A stretch of 64,000 nucleotides of DNA from Nitrososphaerota archaeon (GCA_021323705.1 JAJPKL010000041.1:264-64263); one strand, 5' to 3'. Positions 1 to 10,225 are shown, counted from the stretch's first letter. Made by a program: numbers and translations. Notes: generated by a model from the sequence alone, not told the origin.

Positions 1-1
1 C

Positions 2-355
2 ACAAACGTGTCAGAGCCAATCCAATATGTTGCCATGAAAGCTCTTGAAGCTGGGACCACCGATAATACTAAAACTATCAAGTCCAGACTAGAAGTGGTA
101 GTAATGAGAGCAAGGGAAATGGGATTAGAATTTATAGAACCGGACGGGGCAATGTATGTTTTTGCCAGAGTGAAAAGGCCACAATTTGACTCGATCGAGT
201 TTACAAACAAGCTTTTAGATTATGGTGTCGCTATAGCCCCAGGTGAAGGGTTTGGAAACTATCAAGGGTTTGTCAGAATATCAGCTTGTCAGCCAGAGGA
301 AACACTTAACCAAGGAATGAAGATAATAGAAGAGACAATGAGGAAGCAAAAATGA
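2..355 (+). CDS. PLP-dependent aminotransferase class I/II (aspartate aminotransferase-like), C-terminal part; 5' end outside window
   Basis: C-terminal motifs PDGAMYVF, GVAIAPGEGFG, VRIS; frame open to window start; lies directly upstream of tyrA. Confidence 0.85.
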   Translation, partial: TNVSEPIQYVAMKALEAGTTDNTKTIKSRLEVVVMRAREMGLEFIEPDGAMYVFARVKRPQFDSIEFTNKLLDYGVAIAPGEGFGNYQGFVRISACQPEETLNQGMKIIEETMRKQK

Positions 356-1206
356 AGAAGAAAATAGCAATAATTGGCGCAGAGGGTCAGATGGGCAAGT
401 GGTTCACAAAGTACTTTCTTGAGAAGGGTTTTGAGGTGATTGGATACGATGCAGAAAAAGAGATCCAAAACAAGGCAGTCACAAAGGCACAGTCACTTGT
501 AGGCGCAATACTTTCTGCAGATTATGTAATTTTGTGCATTCCAGTAAAGCGCACACCTGAGACCATAAGGTTGATTGCAAAAGAAATGAAAAGAGAGTCC
601 TACCTTATTGACATTTCGTCACTGAAGCTAAAGACTGCCGCAGCGCTGTCAAAGATTCCAGACAAGGTGATACCAATCTGCATTCATCCAATGTTTGGTC
701 CAGGGACTAAGAAGCTGAAAGGTCAAAATGTAATATCAATTCCAATTCGAGACGCAAAAAAGGAACTTGGCGTGGCAAAATCATTATTTCCCGAGGCAAG
801 TTTTGTCCAGATAGATGCAACAGAGCATGACAAAAAGATTGCAATAATTCTTGGCATGACACACCTTGTTAACTTGGCTCTTGCAAACATTCTTGCAAAG
901 GAAGAAAACTTTACGCTGGTTGAAAAGATGGCAGGGACCACGTTTAAGGCACAGAAGCTCCTCACTGCAGGAATTATGACCGAATCTCAGGAACTAATTG
1001 AGACAATAATCTCAAACCCAGAGATAAGAAAGTATGCAGAGGAATTCTGGAAAGACATAGGCAGGATGCTTATTTTGGTTCAAGAAAACAGGACAGAAGA
1101 GATTCTCAAATATGTTGCAAGTGCAAAAGAGAGGCTTGCAAAGAACATCGATATGGACGATGCATACAAAAAGCTAGTATCCATGGTAAATGCTGTTGAA
1201 AAATAG
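352..1206 (+). CDS. tyrA: Prephenate dehydrogenase
   Basis: Rossmann IAIIGAEGQMG, DISSLK, IHPMFGP, EHDKKIA motifs. Confidence 0.92.
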   Translation: MKKKIAIIGAEGQMGKWFTKYFLEKGFEVIGYDAEKEIQNKAVTKAQSLVGAILSADYVILCIPVKRTPETIRLIAKEMKRESYLIDISSLKLKTAAALSKIPDKVIPICIHPMFGPGTKKLKGQNVISIPIRDAKKELGVAKSLFPEASFVQIDATEHDKKIAIILGMTHLVNLALANILAKEENFTLVEKMAGTTFKAQKLLTAGIMTESQELIETIISNPEIRKYAEEFWKDIGRMLILVQENRTEEILKYVASAKERLAKNIDMDDAYKKLVSMVNAVEK

Positions 1207-1608
1207 TTGAACTCTACAAATATTGTAACTGTCTTTTTAACTCACAACAGCAAGTACCTCATACTAAAACGAAGCAATAATGTAAAATCAATGAAAAACC
1301 TCTGGGCAGGAATTTCAGGAATCATAGAAGGAAACGAAGATCCTACATACAGGGCAAAAAAGGAGATACTTGAAGAGACCGGAATAACAGAAGACAAGCT
1401 TACATTCCTTAAAAAAGAGCAGCAGATGAAGGTAGAGTCACAGTATGCAAACCACGAATGGTTGATTCATCCTTTCCTGTTTGCCGTAAAAGACCCCCAA
1501 ATCACCCTGAACTGGGAGAACCAAGAATATGCATGGATTTGCCCTTCCGAGCTTTCAAAATACCAAACAGTGCCAAGCCTTGACAAGGTTCTAGCCTGCT
1601 TGCTGTAG
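1207..1608 (+). CDS. NUDIX hydrolase
   Basis: Nudix box-like GIIEGNEDPTYRAKKEILEETG; LNWEN motif; TTG start. Confidence 0.88.
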   Translation: MNSTNIVTVFLTHNSKYLILKRSNNVKSMKNLWAGISGIIEGNEDPTYRAKKEILEETGITEDKLTFLKKEQQMKVESQYANHEWLIHPFLFAVKDPQITLNWENQEYAWICPSELSKYQTVPSLDKVLACLL

Positions 1609-2925
1609 TTTTTCTTCTCTTACCTCAGGCTCGGCATATCTCTGCTGCGGCAGCATGATGTACACACATGCTCCTCCGCACATTGTACAGGGTACGGTAT
1701 TTCCCTTGAGCTGGCCAGTCCTTGCATGTATTTTTGCAGCCTCTTCTGGGTCAATTGACAGTGCAATCTGTTTTTCCCAGTTGAGTGTTCGTCTTGCCTC
1801 TGTCATCTCCATGTCCCACTTGATTGCCTTGTCGCGCAGCTTGACCAGGTCTGCAGCATGCGCTGCAATCCTGTATGCAATCAGCCCCGCCTTTACCTCC
1901 TCGGCGTTTGGCAGTGCAAGATGTTCTGCAGGAGTAAGATAGCAGAGCAGGTCTACCCCTTCGCTTGCAGACACTGCAGCTCCAATTGCACTGGCAATAT
2001 GATCATGGCCTGAGGCTACGTCAGTTACAAGCGGCCCAAGTACGTAATAAGGCACGTCGCCTATCAAAGATTTTGCCAGCCTAACGTTTGCAGCAACCTC
2101 GTTTAGCGGTACATGGCCAGGACCTTCCACCATGACCTGGATGTCTTTTTCGTGTGCTCTTTTTGTGAGCCTCGAGATGTTTATCATTTCCTGCACCTGC
2201 AGCTCATCATGAGAGTCAAGTATGGAGCCCGGTCGCAGTGCATCACCTAAGCTGAATGTGACATCATATTTTCTTGCAAGCTCTATCAAATAGTCAAAGT
2301 GTTCATAGTACGGGTTTTCCTTGTCATACTTTAGCATCCATGCGGCAGTGATGGTTCCTCCCTTGCTTACTATACCGCCGTGCCTTTTTACTGCCAAGAT
2401 TCTTTTGGCAATCTCTTTTGTTATGCCAGAATGTATTGTAGTGTAATCAACTCCATCTTTTATGTTGCTCTCAAATGCATTTAGATAGTCGTCCTCTGTG
2501 ATGTCAAGGGGGTTCTTGTGCTTTTCAACTCCATAGTTGTATGCCTCGTAGACTGGAACGGTACCAAATGTTATTGGTGCTGCCTCAAGCAGAGTCCTTC
2601 TGAAAAGTCCCACGTCTCCTCCGTCGCTTAGGTCCATTATAGTATCAGAATGATGTTTTACGGCCACCTTGGCCTTTTTTACTTCCTCCTCAAGATTTTG
2701 GTGTAGTGTGGAATTGCCAATGTTGACGTTGACCTTTGTCTTCATCCCCTTGCCGATTCCAACCACGTGAATCTTTTGCGGTCTTGCATTGTTATGAGGA
2801 ATTATGATGGAACCGCTTGCTATCTTTGGAAGGAGCCACTCAAGAGTTACATTCTCGTCTTTTGCCACGGTCTTCATCTCTTCTGTGGCCATGCCCCTTC
2901 TGGCAGCGCTCATTTGTGTTCCCAA
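1591..2925 (-). CDS. thiC: Phosphomethylpyrimidine synthase
   Basis: KVNVNIGNS, FSLGDALRPG, MVEGPGHVP, CYLTPAEHL, C-terminal CTMCGGAC cluster motif. Confidence 0.97.
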   Translation of the reverse strand: MGTQMSAARRGMATEEMKTVAKDENVTLEWLLPKIASGSIIIPHNNARPQKIHVVGIGKGMKTKVNVNIGNSTLHQNLEEEVKKAKVAVKHHSDTIMDLSDGGDVGLFRRTLLEAAPITFGTVPVYEAYNYGVEKHKNPLDITEDDYLNAFESNIKDGVDYTTIHSGITKEIAKRILAVKRHGGIVSKGGTITAAWMLKYDKENPYYEHFDYLIELARKYDVTFSLGDALRPGSILDSHDELQVQEMINISRLTKRAHEKDIQVMVEGPGHVPLNEVAANVRLAKSLIGDVPYYVLGPLVTDVASGHDHIASAIGAAVSASEGVDLLCYLTPAEHLALPNAEEVKAGLIAYRIAAHAADLVKLRDKAIKWDMEMTEARRTLNWEKQIALSIDPEEAAKIHARTGQLKGNTVPCTMCGGACVYIMLPQQRYAEPEVREEKLQQAG

Positions 2926-2979
2926 TTTACTCTTTTTACCAATCGATTGAATTTAAACGTGAGTTTCTTGTGATGCTAT

Positions 2980-4284
2980 TTGTTGAATGTATTAACCATA
3001 GCAGGTTCTGATCCGTCTTCTGGCGCAGGCATTCAGGGAGATATAAAGACGTTCACGTCTCTTGGCGTGTACGGGTTTGCTGTTGTCACCGCACTGACAA
3101 GCCAAAACTCTTCCAAGTTCTTCAAGTCAGAGCCTGCATCACCTGACATCATAAAAAGTCAGATAAGATCAGTCATTTCAGATTTCAAGATAGACGCAAT
3201 CAAGATAGGAATGGTCTACGACAAAAAAACCATTAAAACAATTTACAACGAATTGAAAAATGTCAAGGTACCAACTGTTCTTGACCCAGTCTTCAGATCA
3301 ACGACTGGCGGCGTTTTGTTGCATCCTGACGCAATTTCTGATTTCATAAAGTTCTTGATTCCCATTTCACATATCATCACGCCAAACATACCAGAGGCAG
3401 AAAAGATTGCAGGCATGAAAATAAAGTCTATGAATGATGCAAAAAAAGCTGCCCTCAAAATAAATTCCCTAGGAGCAAAAAATGTCGTAATCAAAGGAGG
3501 TCACATGAGAGGCAAGAAGGTTGTCGACCTTCTACTTGAAAACAAGAGATTCCATCTCTTTTCCCAAAAAAGACTTCCAAGGGAGAGTCATGGCGGAGGA
3601 TGTATATTTTCTGCCGCCCTTTGTTCAAGTTTGGCCAAAGGGGAGAGCCTGCCAGAGTCAGTCAGGCATGCGCAAGAGATCTCACTTGAGTCTATCAGAG
3701 GAGCTGCAAGGGTAGGCAGGGGGTTTTCCATTGTAAGACAGAAAAGTGTAGACATGATAGAAAAAAAACTTTCAGATGCAATGCAGAAATTTATCGAGAT
3801 TGACGGAATTTACAACTACATACCAGAAGTGCAGACAAACTTTGTCTACTCCAAGCCCAACCCCAAAGTCATCTCGGACATACTTGGACTTGAGGGCCGC
3901 TTGATCAAAGTGGGAAGTTCGGTTCAGCCAGTAGGAACGCTCAAGTATGGTGGCTCAAGACATGTAGGAAACGCGGTCTTGGAAGTTGCAAAAAAATTTC
4001 CTTCGGTCAGGTCTGGCCTGAACATCAAGTATGATACAAAAACAATCAAGAAAGCAATTGCAAAGAGATTTTGCGTCACATACTACGACAGGACATCAGA
4101 GCCAGTCATTTCCAAGCATAAGGAAGGAAAGACGATATCGTGGGGAATCAAGTCTGCCCTCTCAAAGATGAAGGTGCCTCCTGATGTGATATACCACACA
4201 GGTGATCTTGGAAAAGAGCCGATGATCCTGATATTTGGCAAGTCTCCAAAAGATGTCCTGACAAAGCTTGGCAAGATTACGTAG
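2980..4284 (+). CDS. thiDN: Bifunctional HMP/HMP-P kinase with C-terminal ThiN (thiamine-phosphate synthase) domain
   Basis: IAGSDPSSGAGIQGD, ITPNIPEAE, HGGGC motifs, then ThiN-type IPEVQTNFVY...GGSRHV...GKEPMI. Confidence 0.93.
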   Translation: MLNVLTIAGSDPSSGAGIQGDIKTFTSLGVYGFAVVTALTSQNSSKFFKSEPASPDIIKSQIRSVISDFKIDAIKIGMVYDKKTIKTIYNELKNVKVPTVLDPVFRSTTGGVLLHPDAISDFIKFLIPISHIITPNIPEAEKIAGMKIKSMNDAKKAALKINSLGAKNVVIKGGHMRGKKVVDLLLENKRFHLFSQKRLPRESHGGGCIFSAALCSSLAKGESLPESVRHAQEISLESIRGAARVGRGFSIVRQKSVDMIEKKLSDAMQKFIEIDGIYNYIPEVQTNFVYSKPNPKVISDILGLEGRLIKVGSSVQPVGTLKYGGSRHVGNAVLEVAKKFPSVRSGLNIKYDTKTIKKAIAKRFCVTYYDRTSEPVISKHKEGKTISWGIKSALSKMKVPPDVIYHTGDLGKEPMILIFGKSPKDVLTKLGKIT

Positions 4285-4332
4285 AATAATTTTATCCTTC
4301 AGAATAAATACTACATTCTTAGACTACACTTT

Positions 4333-5034
4333 ATGAAGGCTGTAATTTTGGCCGGAGGTCTTGGAACAAGACTTCAACCCTACACCACATTTCTTCCAAA
4401 GGCAATGCTTCCACTCGGCGACAAGCCACTGCTAGAACACTTGATTGAATGGGTAAAGGGCAACGGCGTTGATTCATTTGTGCTGTGTGTCAGTTATCTG
4501 AGAAAAACAATACAAGATTATTTCGAGGACGGGAGCAGGTTTGGTGTAAAGATAGAGTATGCCGTTGCAGACAGGCCGCTTGCAACTGCAGGCCAGCTAA
4601 AGACAGCGCAAGAGTTTCTTGATGACACATTTGTCTGCGTGTATGGAGATTCAATTTTTGAGTTTAGCTTGAAAAACATGATTAATTATCACAAAAAGAA
4701 AAAGGCCTTTGTCACGATGGGTCTGTACGAGTACAAGACAAAGCTTCCCTATGGTTTCATAGAGATGGACAAGACAAACCGTGTCAAGTCATGGCAGGAA
4801 AAGCCAGACGTCAAAGGAAACATCAACATCGGGTGCTATGTGATGGAGCCCGGAATTCTCAACCTTATCCCGGAAGGCAAGCCCTACGGAATGGATCAGG
4901 TCATTCGCACTGCTCTTGCCAAGAAGCACAGGGTTACAGGATATCCAATAAAGAAAGGCTTTCTTGACATAGGTGACAAGGCATCCTACCGACGCGCCTA
5001 CCAGCACTATTTGGAAAGGCTTGGCCAGATCTGA
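4333..5034 (+). CDS. Sugar-phosphate nucleotidyltransferase (single NTP_transferase domain)
   Basis: AVILAGGLGTRLQP, PKAMLP, YGD motifs; no LbH tail. Confidence 0.9.
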   Translation: MKAVILAGGLGTRLQPYTTFLPKAMLPLGDKPLLEHLIEWVKGNGVDSFVLCVSYLRKTIQDYFEDGSRFGVKIEYAVADRPLATAGQLKTAQEFLDDTFVCVYGDSIFEFSLKNMINYHKKKKAFVTMGLYEYKTKLPYGFIEMDKTNRVKSWQEKPDVKGNINIGCYVMEPGILNLIPEGKPYGMDQVIRTALAKKHRVTGYPIKKGFLDIGDKASYRRAYQHYLERLGQI

Positions 5035-5043
5035 GTCGCAACC

Positions 5044-5490
5044 ATGGCAGAAATCAAGATACGAAAACTCCAGAAAAAAGACGTGGCCAACGGCTATCTG
5101 CATACGCTTGACTCGCTTAGAAAGGCAAGCGACCTGAGCCAAAGAAAGGCCCAGTCAATTTTTGACAAGATTTCTTCAAACCCAAACGAGGCAATCTATG
5201 TTGCAGTGATGGATTCCAAGGTGGTTGGAGCCGCAAGCATAATCATCGAGCAGAAATTCATTCACGGTGGAGGCAAGGCAGGACACATCGAGGATGTTGC
5301 AGTAGCAAAGGAATTTCAGGGAAAAGGAATAGGCCAGAAGGTTGTCCGCGCCCTGCTTGAACACGCCCAAAAACAAGGATGCTACAAGACAATTCTTGAC
5401 TGCTCAGATGATCTGATTCCTTTCTATGAGAAGCTCGGGTTTAAGAAATATTCAAACGCAATGAGATTTGATCACCGGTCAAAGACGTAA
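5044..5490 (+). CDS. GNAT acetyltransferase, glucosamine-6-phosphate N-acetyltransferase (GNA1)-like
   Basis: EQKFIHGGGKAGHIEDVAV, QGKGIG, GCYKTILDC, FYEKLGF. Confidence 0.85.
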   Translation: MAEIKIRKLQKKDVANGYLHTLDSLRKASDLSQRKAQSIFDKISSNPNEAIYVAVMDSKVVGAASIIIEQKFIHGGGKAGHIEDVAVAKEFQGKGIGQKVVRALLEHAQKQGCYKTILDCSDDLIPFYEKLGFKKYSNAMRFDHRSKT

Positions 5491-5912
5491 TCTCTTTTTG
5501 GTTTTGGTTTTAGGCGGAACAGCAGACCTCCCACTATAATTACCGGTATCGATACGCCCATGAATACTGTCGGTACTAGTTTTACTTCTTGAGTGACCTC
5601 TGCTGGCGGTATGTGCGGTACTATGGTGTTTGCATAGTTCATTCCAACTAGAGTTATGATTCCACCTGCAATGATAAGAGAGCCACATAATCTTGAGCCA
5701 TATTTTCTAGCCAACAAAAATGATGAACCCGCAAGTATCAGTGCAGGCCCCCCGCTGATTGAAAGAAACTCTCTGATCTGATCAGATGGGTCTACATCAT
5801 AGGTTGGATTTTTGTAAACATTTACTAGAAAATTATCAATTGCAATTATCTGACCCGTAAAAAGTATAAACATGCCAAGGCTTGCTGCAGCTATCCATTG
5901 TTCAACGGCCAC
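5472..5912 (-). CDS. Hypothetical membrane protein (about 4 TM segments)
   Basis: Long ORF with four hydrophobic stretches and basic C-terminus. Confidence 0.75.
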   Translation of the reverse strand: MAVEQWIAAASLGMFILFTGQIIAIDNFLVNVYKNPTYDVDPSDQIREFLSISGGPALILAGSSFLLARKYGSRLCGSLIIAGGIITLVGMNYANTIVPHIPPAEVTQEVKLVPTVFMGVSIPVIIVGGLLFRLKPKPKRDYVFDR

Positions 5913-5954
5913 AGTTTTTCTTGTCCTCCCTCAATAAATAAATCAAGTGCTTTT

Positions 5955-6971
5955 CTAAACTATTCCAACTAAACCCGCTAGTTCTTTTCTGCACGACGAA
6001 CCAAGTTCCTCTGCAGATTTTTCTGGAGTTATCTTGTTCAAAAAGACACCGTAACCCCTTTCAAGACCAGACCAAGAGCCAGACTGCGGATAAACTTCGA
6101 TGTGCCAGTGAATCTGCCTGTTGTTCTTCTTTTCGGGAGATAGGTGAAACACCATGTTGTATGAAGCACCCTTCATCGTATTTGCAAGCCCCCCAAGTGT
6201 TGCGCGCAGGATCAAGGACAGATCATTTATCTCCTTTTGTGTTATCTTTGAAAAACTTGTTGTGTGTTTTTTTGGATATATCCAAAACTCATACGGATGT
6301 GACGGAGCCCACGGACAGAATGCGATAAACCCTTCAGTCTGGAGTATCTGTCTTGGGCCACTGGTTTCAGTGGTTACAGTCTGGCACATCGGGCATATAC
6401 CCTTCTCGTTTAGTATCTTGTGTGCAGCATCTGCTTCCTGCTCTATTACAGGCGGTATGGTTGAAAACGTGACCACGTTGAGGTGCGGGTGAGTTATTGG
6501 GCTTCCAGCCTCCTTCCCATAATTTACATAGATTGAGACGTATGTAACTCCTCTCTGTGTGTAAAGCCACCTGAGCCTATCTTGGATTACAACCAAAACG
6601 TTTGACCATTGTTCAACCGAGATGGTAGCAAGCGAGTCCTTGTGTTTGTCGGATGCAACCACCACATAATGATAACCATATGCAGGTTCGCTGTAAAGCG
6701 GCCTGTCGCTGTACGAGTTCTCAGACGTGGTAGCAACGACAGGATTTTTGCTTTCAAAAACTCTTACAGACCAGTCTTCAACATAATAGTCTTCGGTATC
6801 CTGCAGCCTCTGCAGCATTCCATCTTTTGCGACAAGCGATAGTGATGACGGGTTTGTCATGGATTCGTTTCCAGGACAGTACGGGCACTTCTTGGAATCT
6901 GCATCATGTTTGTTATTTTGAGAGACTATGACAAATCTATCAACAACATAGTCCTTACGTAGATCCCCCAT
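5955..6971 (-). CDS. galT: Galactose-1-phosphate uridylyltransferase (HIT superfamily)
   Basis: CPYCPGNES, GSPITHPHL, CPMC, HWHIEVYP motifs. Confidence 0.88.
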   Translation of the reverse strand: MGDLRKDYVVDRFVIVSQNNKHDADSKKCPYCPGNESMTNPSSLSLVAKDGMLQRLQDTEDYYVEDWSVRVFESKNPVVATTSENSYSDRPLYSEPAYGYHYVVVASDKHKDSLATISVEQWSNVLVVIQDRLRWLYTQRGVTYVSIYVNYGKEAGSPITHPHLNVVTFSTIPPVIEQEADAAHKILNEKGICPMCQTVTTETSGPRQILQTEGFIAFCPWAPSHPYEFWIYPKKHTTSFSKITQKEINDLSLILRATLGGLANTMKGASYNMVFHLSPEKKNNRQIHWHIEVYPQSGSWSGLERGYGVFLNKITPEKSAEELGSSCRKELAGLVGIV

Positions 6972-7084
6972 ATACTGCTAAATTCCCGATCTGCTAATTT
7001 AAAACCTTTTCAATGATCGGAAGAGGTACAATCTTCCAGAGCTATAAAACGTAAAAATTCATGCTTGAAAACAGTATTTCCAAG

Positions 7085-7351
7085 TCATTGTGACAGCGCG
7101 TCCAAGAATTTTACAATCTCCACATGATCAGGAAAGTCAGACAAGTTTTCTTTGATTGATTCTATCATGAATTTGTACGAGTTGCCGTACAGTTCTTTGA
7201 GCGTTTCCCTCAAAGGAACTGGATGTTGGTAGCAGTCCGAAAGATCGATGTTGTATTTTTCTTTTAGGTGTTTTGTGACCTCGGCATATCTCCGAGAATC
7301 AATATCTATAAGTGTCTTACCAATTGCCAATGAAACAAGATTTCTCTTCAT
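7085..7351 (-). CDS. Stand-alone small thaumarchaeal domain protein (DUF3227/NitrOD5-like); ORF track start 7372, likely start 7351
   Basis: LAIxxTL...LKEKY...DCYQHP...LKELYG pattern; aligns with C-terminus of 12823..13287. Confidence 0.7.
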   Translation of the reverse strand: MKRNLVSLAIGKTLIDIDSRRYAEVTKHLKEKYNIDLSDCYQHPVPLRETLKELYGNSYKFMIESIKENLSDFPDHVEIVKFLDALSQ

Positions 7352-7358
7352 TGAGAAG

Positions 7359-7625
7359 TCATCGCATGTCATGGTTATCTATCACGTCCACACACTCCAC
7401 ATCCCAAAGATACGATTTTGATACATTCTTGCACCGCATACCTTCAATGTATTCAGCATTCTGGCACCAAGCAACACTGGCAAGTCGATTCAATTGATAA
7501 ACTGGGTCTACAATACACCCTCGGGTTGGCTGCGCATCATTCATCCTGTAGAATGACGTGTTTTGATACATCCAGTAACATACCCCTTGATTGTTGATAT
7601 TGCCTTGCGCACATGGAACAAACAA
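7359..7625 (-). CDS. Possible Cys-rich hypothetical protein
   Basis: 88-aa ORF filling an otherwise empty gap, 6 Cys; no recognisable family. Confidence 0.35.
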   Translation of the reverse strand: MFVPCAQGNINNQGVCYWMYQNTSFYRMNDAQPTRGCIVDPVYQLNRLASVAWCQNAEYIEGMRCKNVSKSYLWDVECVDVIDNHDMR

Positions 7626-7704
7626 ACTTGCTACAATCTGCCAAAAAGGGGTTTAATCAAAAATACCCTTAAATTGGTACAAAATTCCCTCGAAAACATA
7701 TACC

Positions 7705-8262
7705 ATGTCTACAGAATCGTTGAGGCGAGATCATGCATTGATTGAAAAAGTGCTCAAGGCAATGTGGGCCACCATTCCTCTGTTGCAGGGCGGAAAAACT
7801 ATTCCAGAGCCTGTAATATCTCAGGTCATAGACTTTACAAAAAATTTCACTGATGTGTGCCATCACGGCAAGGAAGAAAACTCGCTCTTCCCAGAGCTTG
7901 AAAAGAAGGGAATGCCAAAGGACAGCGGCCCTATAGCAGTGATGCTAATGGAACATGCGCTTACACGAAAGCTTGCTGCAAGGATGGAAGAGTCTTCCAA
8001 GACATATGTGAGTACAGGAGATGCAAAGCAACTCATCACAGACATGCAGGAATACATCAATCATGTTGTCCAACATATTTGGAAGGAGAACAACCGACTG
8101 TTTGAAATGGCAGAGATGGCACTACGAAACGATATAGAAAGGATAAACCAAGAGCTTTCAAGTGTGGAATCAGAGAAGCTCAAAGAAATCGGCAAGACAA
8201 GAGAGTCTTATGAAAAACTTGCCGAAGATCTTTCAAAACAATTTCCACTGCAAGAAGGATAA
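7705..8262 (+). CDS. Hemerythrin/HHE cation-binding domain protein
   Basis: DH...CHHGKEENSLFP...EH...HIWKENNRLF hemerythrin ligand pattern. Confidence 0.9.
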   Translation: MSTESLRRDHALIEKVLKAMWATIPLLQGGKTIPEPVISQVIDFTKNFTDVCHHGKEENSLFPELEKKGMPKDSGPIAVMLMEHALTRKLAARMEESSKTYVSTGDAKQLITDMQEYINHVVQHIWKENNRLFEMAEMALRNDIERINQELSSVESEKLKEIGKTRESYEKLAEDLSKQFPLQEG

Positions 8263-8386
8263 TTCGTTATTCTAATACAGTAAAATACCCAAACAACTTG
8301 AATATCATACGCTTCTTGCATCAACATGAAAACAGTGCATACATATAGTGCGGAGTCCTTTTGCAAACAAAACAGGATGATGTGAA

Positions 8387-8824
8387 TTGGCAGTAAAAGA
8401 TGGTGACACAGTAAAGGTCGAGTACACTGGAAAACTTGATGACGGTTCAATCTTTGACAGCTCTGAAAACCACGGAAAGCCGTTAGAGTTTCAGGTAGGC
8501 TCAGGCCAAGTAATTATCGGATTTGACAGCGCAGTTTTAGGAATGAGCGAGGGAGATGAAAAAGAATTCAGGATACTTCCTGCACAAGCATATGGAAACC
8601 ATGATCCTACACTTGTACAAAAGGTTCCAAGAGAGATATTTCCTCAAGATGCTGAGCTTGTGCCGGGGCTGGTTTTTGAGGCAGGTCTGCCAACCGGTGA
8701 GAGAGTGCCTGCAACGATTTTCGAGGTAGGGGAGGGAACGGTTACAGTTGACCTCAATCATCCGCTAGCAGGAAAGACCCTCAACTTTAAGATAAAACTC
8801 AAAGAGATAGTTGCATCCAACTAG
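8387..8824 (+). CDS. slyD: FKBP-type peptidyl-prolyl isomerase (SlyD-like, with IF domain, no His tail)
   Basis: VKVEYTGKLDDG, VIIGFD, VDLNHPLAGKTLNF. Confidence 0.9.
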   Translation: MAVKDGDTVKVEYTGKLDDGSIFDSSENHGKPLEFQVGSGQVIIGFDSAVLGMSEGDEKEFRILPAQAYGNHDPTLVQKVPREIFPQDAELVPGLVFEAGLPTGERVPATIFEVGEGTVTVDLNHPLAGKTLNFKIKLKEIVASN

Positions 8825-8968
8825 TTTTTCAGTTTGAAACAGGAAACTGAGTTTTGATTTGCGGTACCTGAACAAATTCAGATCGATTCAAAGTCAAACG
8901 TTTATGTAAGATATGGAAAAACCGGAAAATGAGGCTGAATAAAGATTACCGATAATTCAAAAATTCAC

Positions 8969-10225
8969 ATGATCTATGTCTTGCTTGATGGAATAGGAGA
9001 TCTTCCCCATCCAGACTTGAAAGGCATGACGCCCCTAAGCTATGCCAAGACACCAAACCTGGACAAGCTTGCAAAAAATGGCACCATAGGCGAGGTCATC
9101 TCAGTTGGAAAGGGGATAGCACCACAGTCAGACATTGCAGTCTTTAACATGCTAGGTTACAGATTTGTAAATTCGGAATATGTTGGGCGAGGAGTGATAG
9201 AGTCAATTGGCATTGGAATTGATTTCAAAAACGGCGACCTTGCTCTGCGCGGAAACTTTTCTACTGTTAACGATGAGCGCGTCATAACAGACAGAAGGGC
9301 AGGCAGAAAGATTGAGAGGGAGGACGCAGTTGCCATTGCTCAGGAACTTGAGAAGAAGATCAAGTTCTCAAACCCAAAAGCGTCGGTCGCAGTCTCTCCA
9401 ACCATAGGTCACAGGGTCATAGTAAGAATACGATGTGACGGCGAGTTTTTGTCGCCTGATGTAAGCAATACAGACCCAGCGTATGCAAGAATTGACGGCA
9501 TGGGAGTTGCCAAAGCAGTTGGCGATTTCTTGAAGATTGAAAAGTCTCTTCCGTTAAACGAGTCGGCAGGAGCCAAGCTTTCTGCATCTCTGATAAATGA
9601 ATTTACAGACCAGTCCCTTGCCATCATGAAAAACAGCGAGGTAAACAAAAGGCGTGCAGCGCAAGGCAAGAAGCTCTTAAATTCCATCCTGCTGCGCGAT
9701 GCCGGAAACAAATTCCCAGATGTCATCCCAATAAACCAACTGCATCAGATGAAGTTCTCCTGTATAGTTGACATGCCGGTAGAGATAGGCATTGCAAACG
9801 TCTTAAAGATGCAGACTTTCAGCGCGGGGGGCCTTACAGACTATGAGGAAAAGGCAAGGGTGGCTGCAAAGGCAATGGAGACGCAAAACGCCATCTATGT
9901 ACACATCAAGGGTCCTGATGAGTTCGGCCATGATGGAGATGCAGTGGGCAAGATGAACAACATTGAAGAGATTGACAAGAGGTTTTTCGGTACGCTGCTA
10001 GACATGATAGATACCTCAAAGGTGGCAGTCGTAATATCAGGAGACCACTCAACACCCTGCATCAACAAGGGACACAGCGACGACCCCGTTCCAGTCCTGA
10101 TATCAGGGGACTCGGTCAAAAAGGATGGCACGACTAGATTCACCGAAGAGCAGGCAAAGAAAGGAAAGATAGGATTGCTTGCAGGGGCAGATGTTATCAA
10201 GACAGCAATCAATCTCATCAAATAG
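8969..10225 (+). CDS. apgM: 2,3-bisphosphoglycerate-independent phosphoglycerate mutase, archaeal type
   Basis: LDGIGD, PQSD, YVHIKGPDEFGHDGD, SGDHSTP, HSDDPVP. Confidence 0.93.
   Translation: MIYVLLDGIGDLPHPDLKGMTPLSYAKTPNLDKLAKNGTIGEVISVGKGIAPQSDIAVFNMLGYRFVNSEYVGRGVIESIGIGIDFKNGDLALRGNFSTVNDERVITDRRAGRKIEREDAVAIAQELEKKIKFSNPKASVAVSPTIGHRVIVRIRCDGEFLSPDVSNTDPAYARIDGMGVAKAVGDFLKIEKSLPLNESAGAKLSASLINEFTDQSLAIMKNSEVNKRRAAQGKKLLNSILLRDAGNKFPDVIPINQLHQMKFSCIVDMPVEIGIANVLKMQTFSAGGLTDYEEKARVAAKAMETQNAIYVHIKGPDEFGHDGDAVGKMNNIEEIDKRFFGTLLDMIDTSKVAVVISGDHSTPCINKGHSDDPVPVLISGDSVKKDGTTRFTEEQAKKGKIGLLAGADVIKTAINLIK

Noticed and set aside
2926-2979. TPP riboswitch or ThiR box between divergent thiC and thiDN
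   Set aside because: Spacer is about 54 nt with no TPP consensus or convincing palindrome.
8829-8850. Hairpin TCAGTTT-N8-AAACTGA after slyD
   Set aside because: Weak AT-rich stem; archaeal termination usually relies on U-tracts, so it is not diagnostic.
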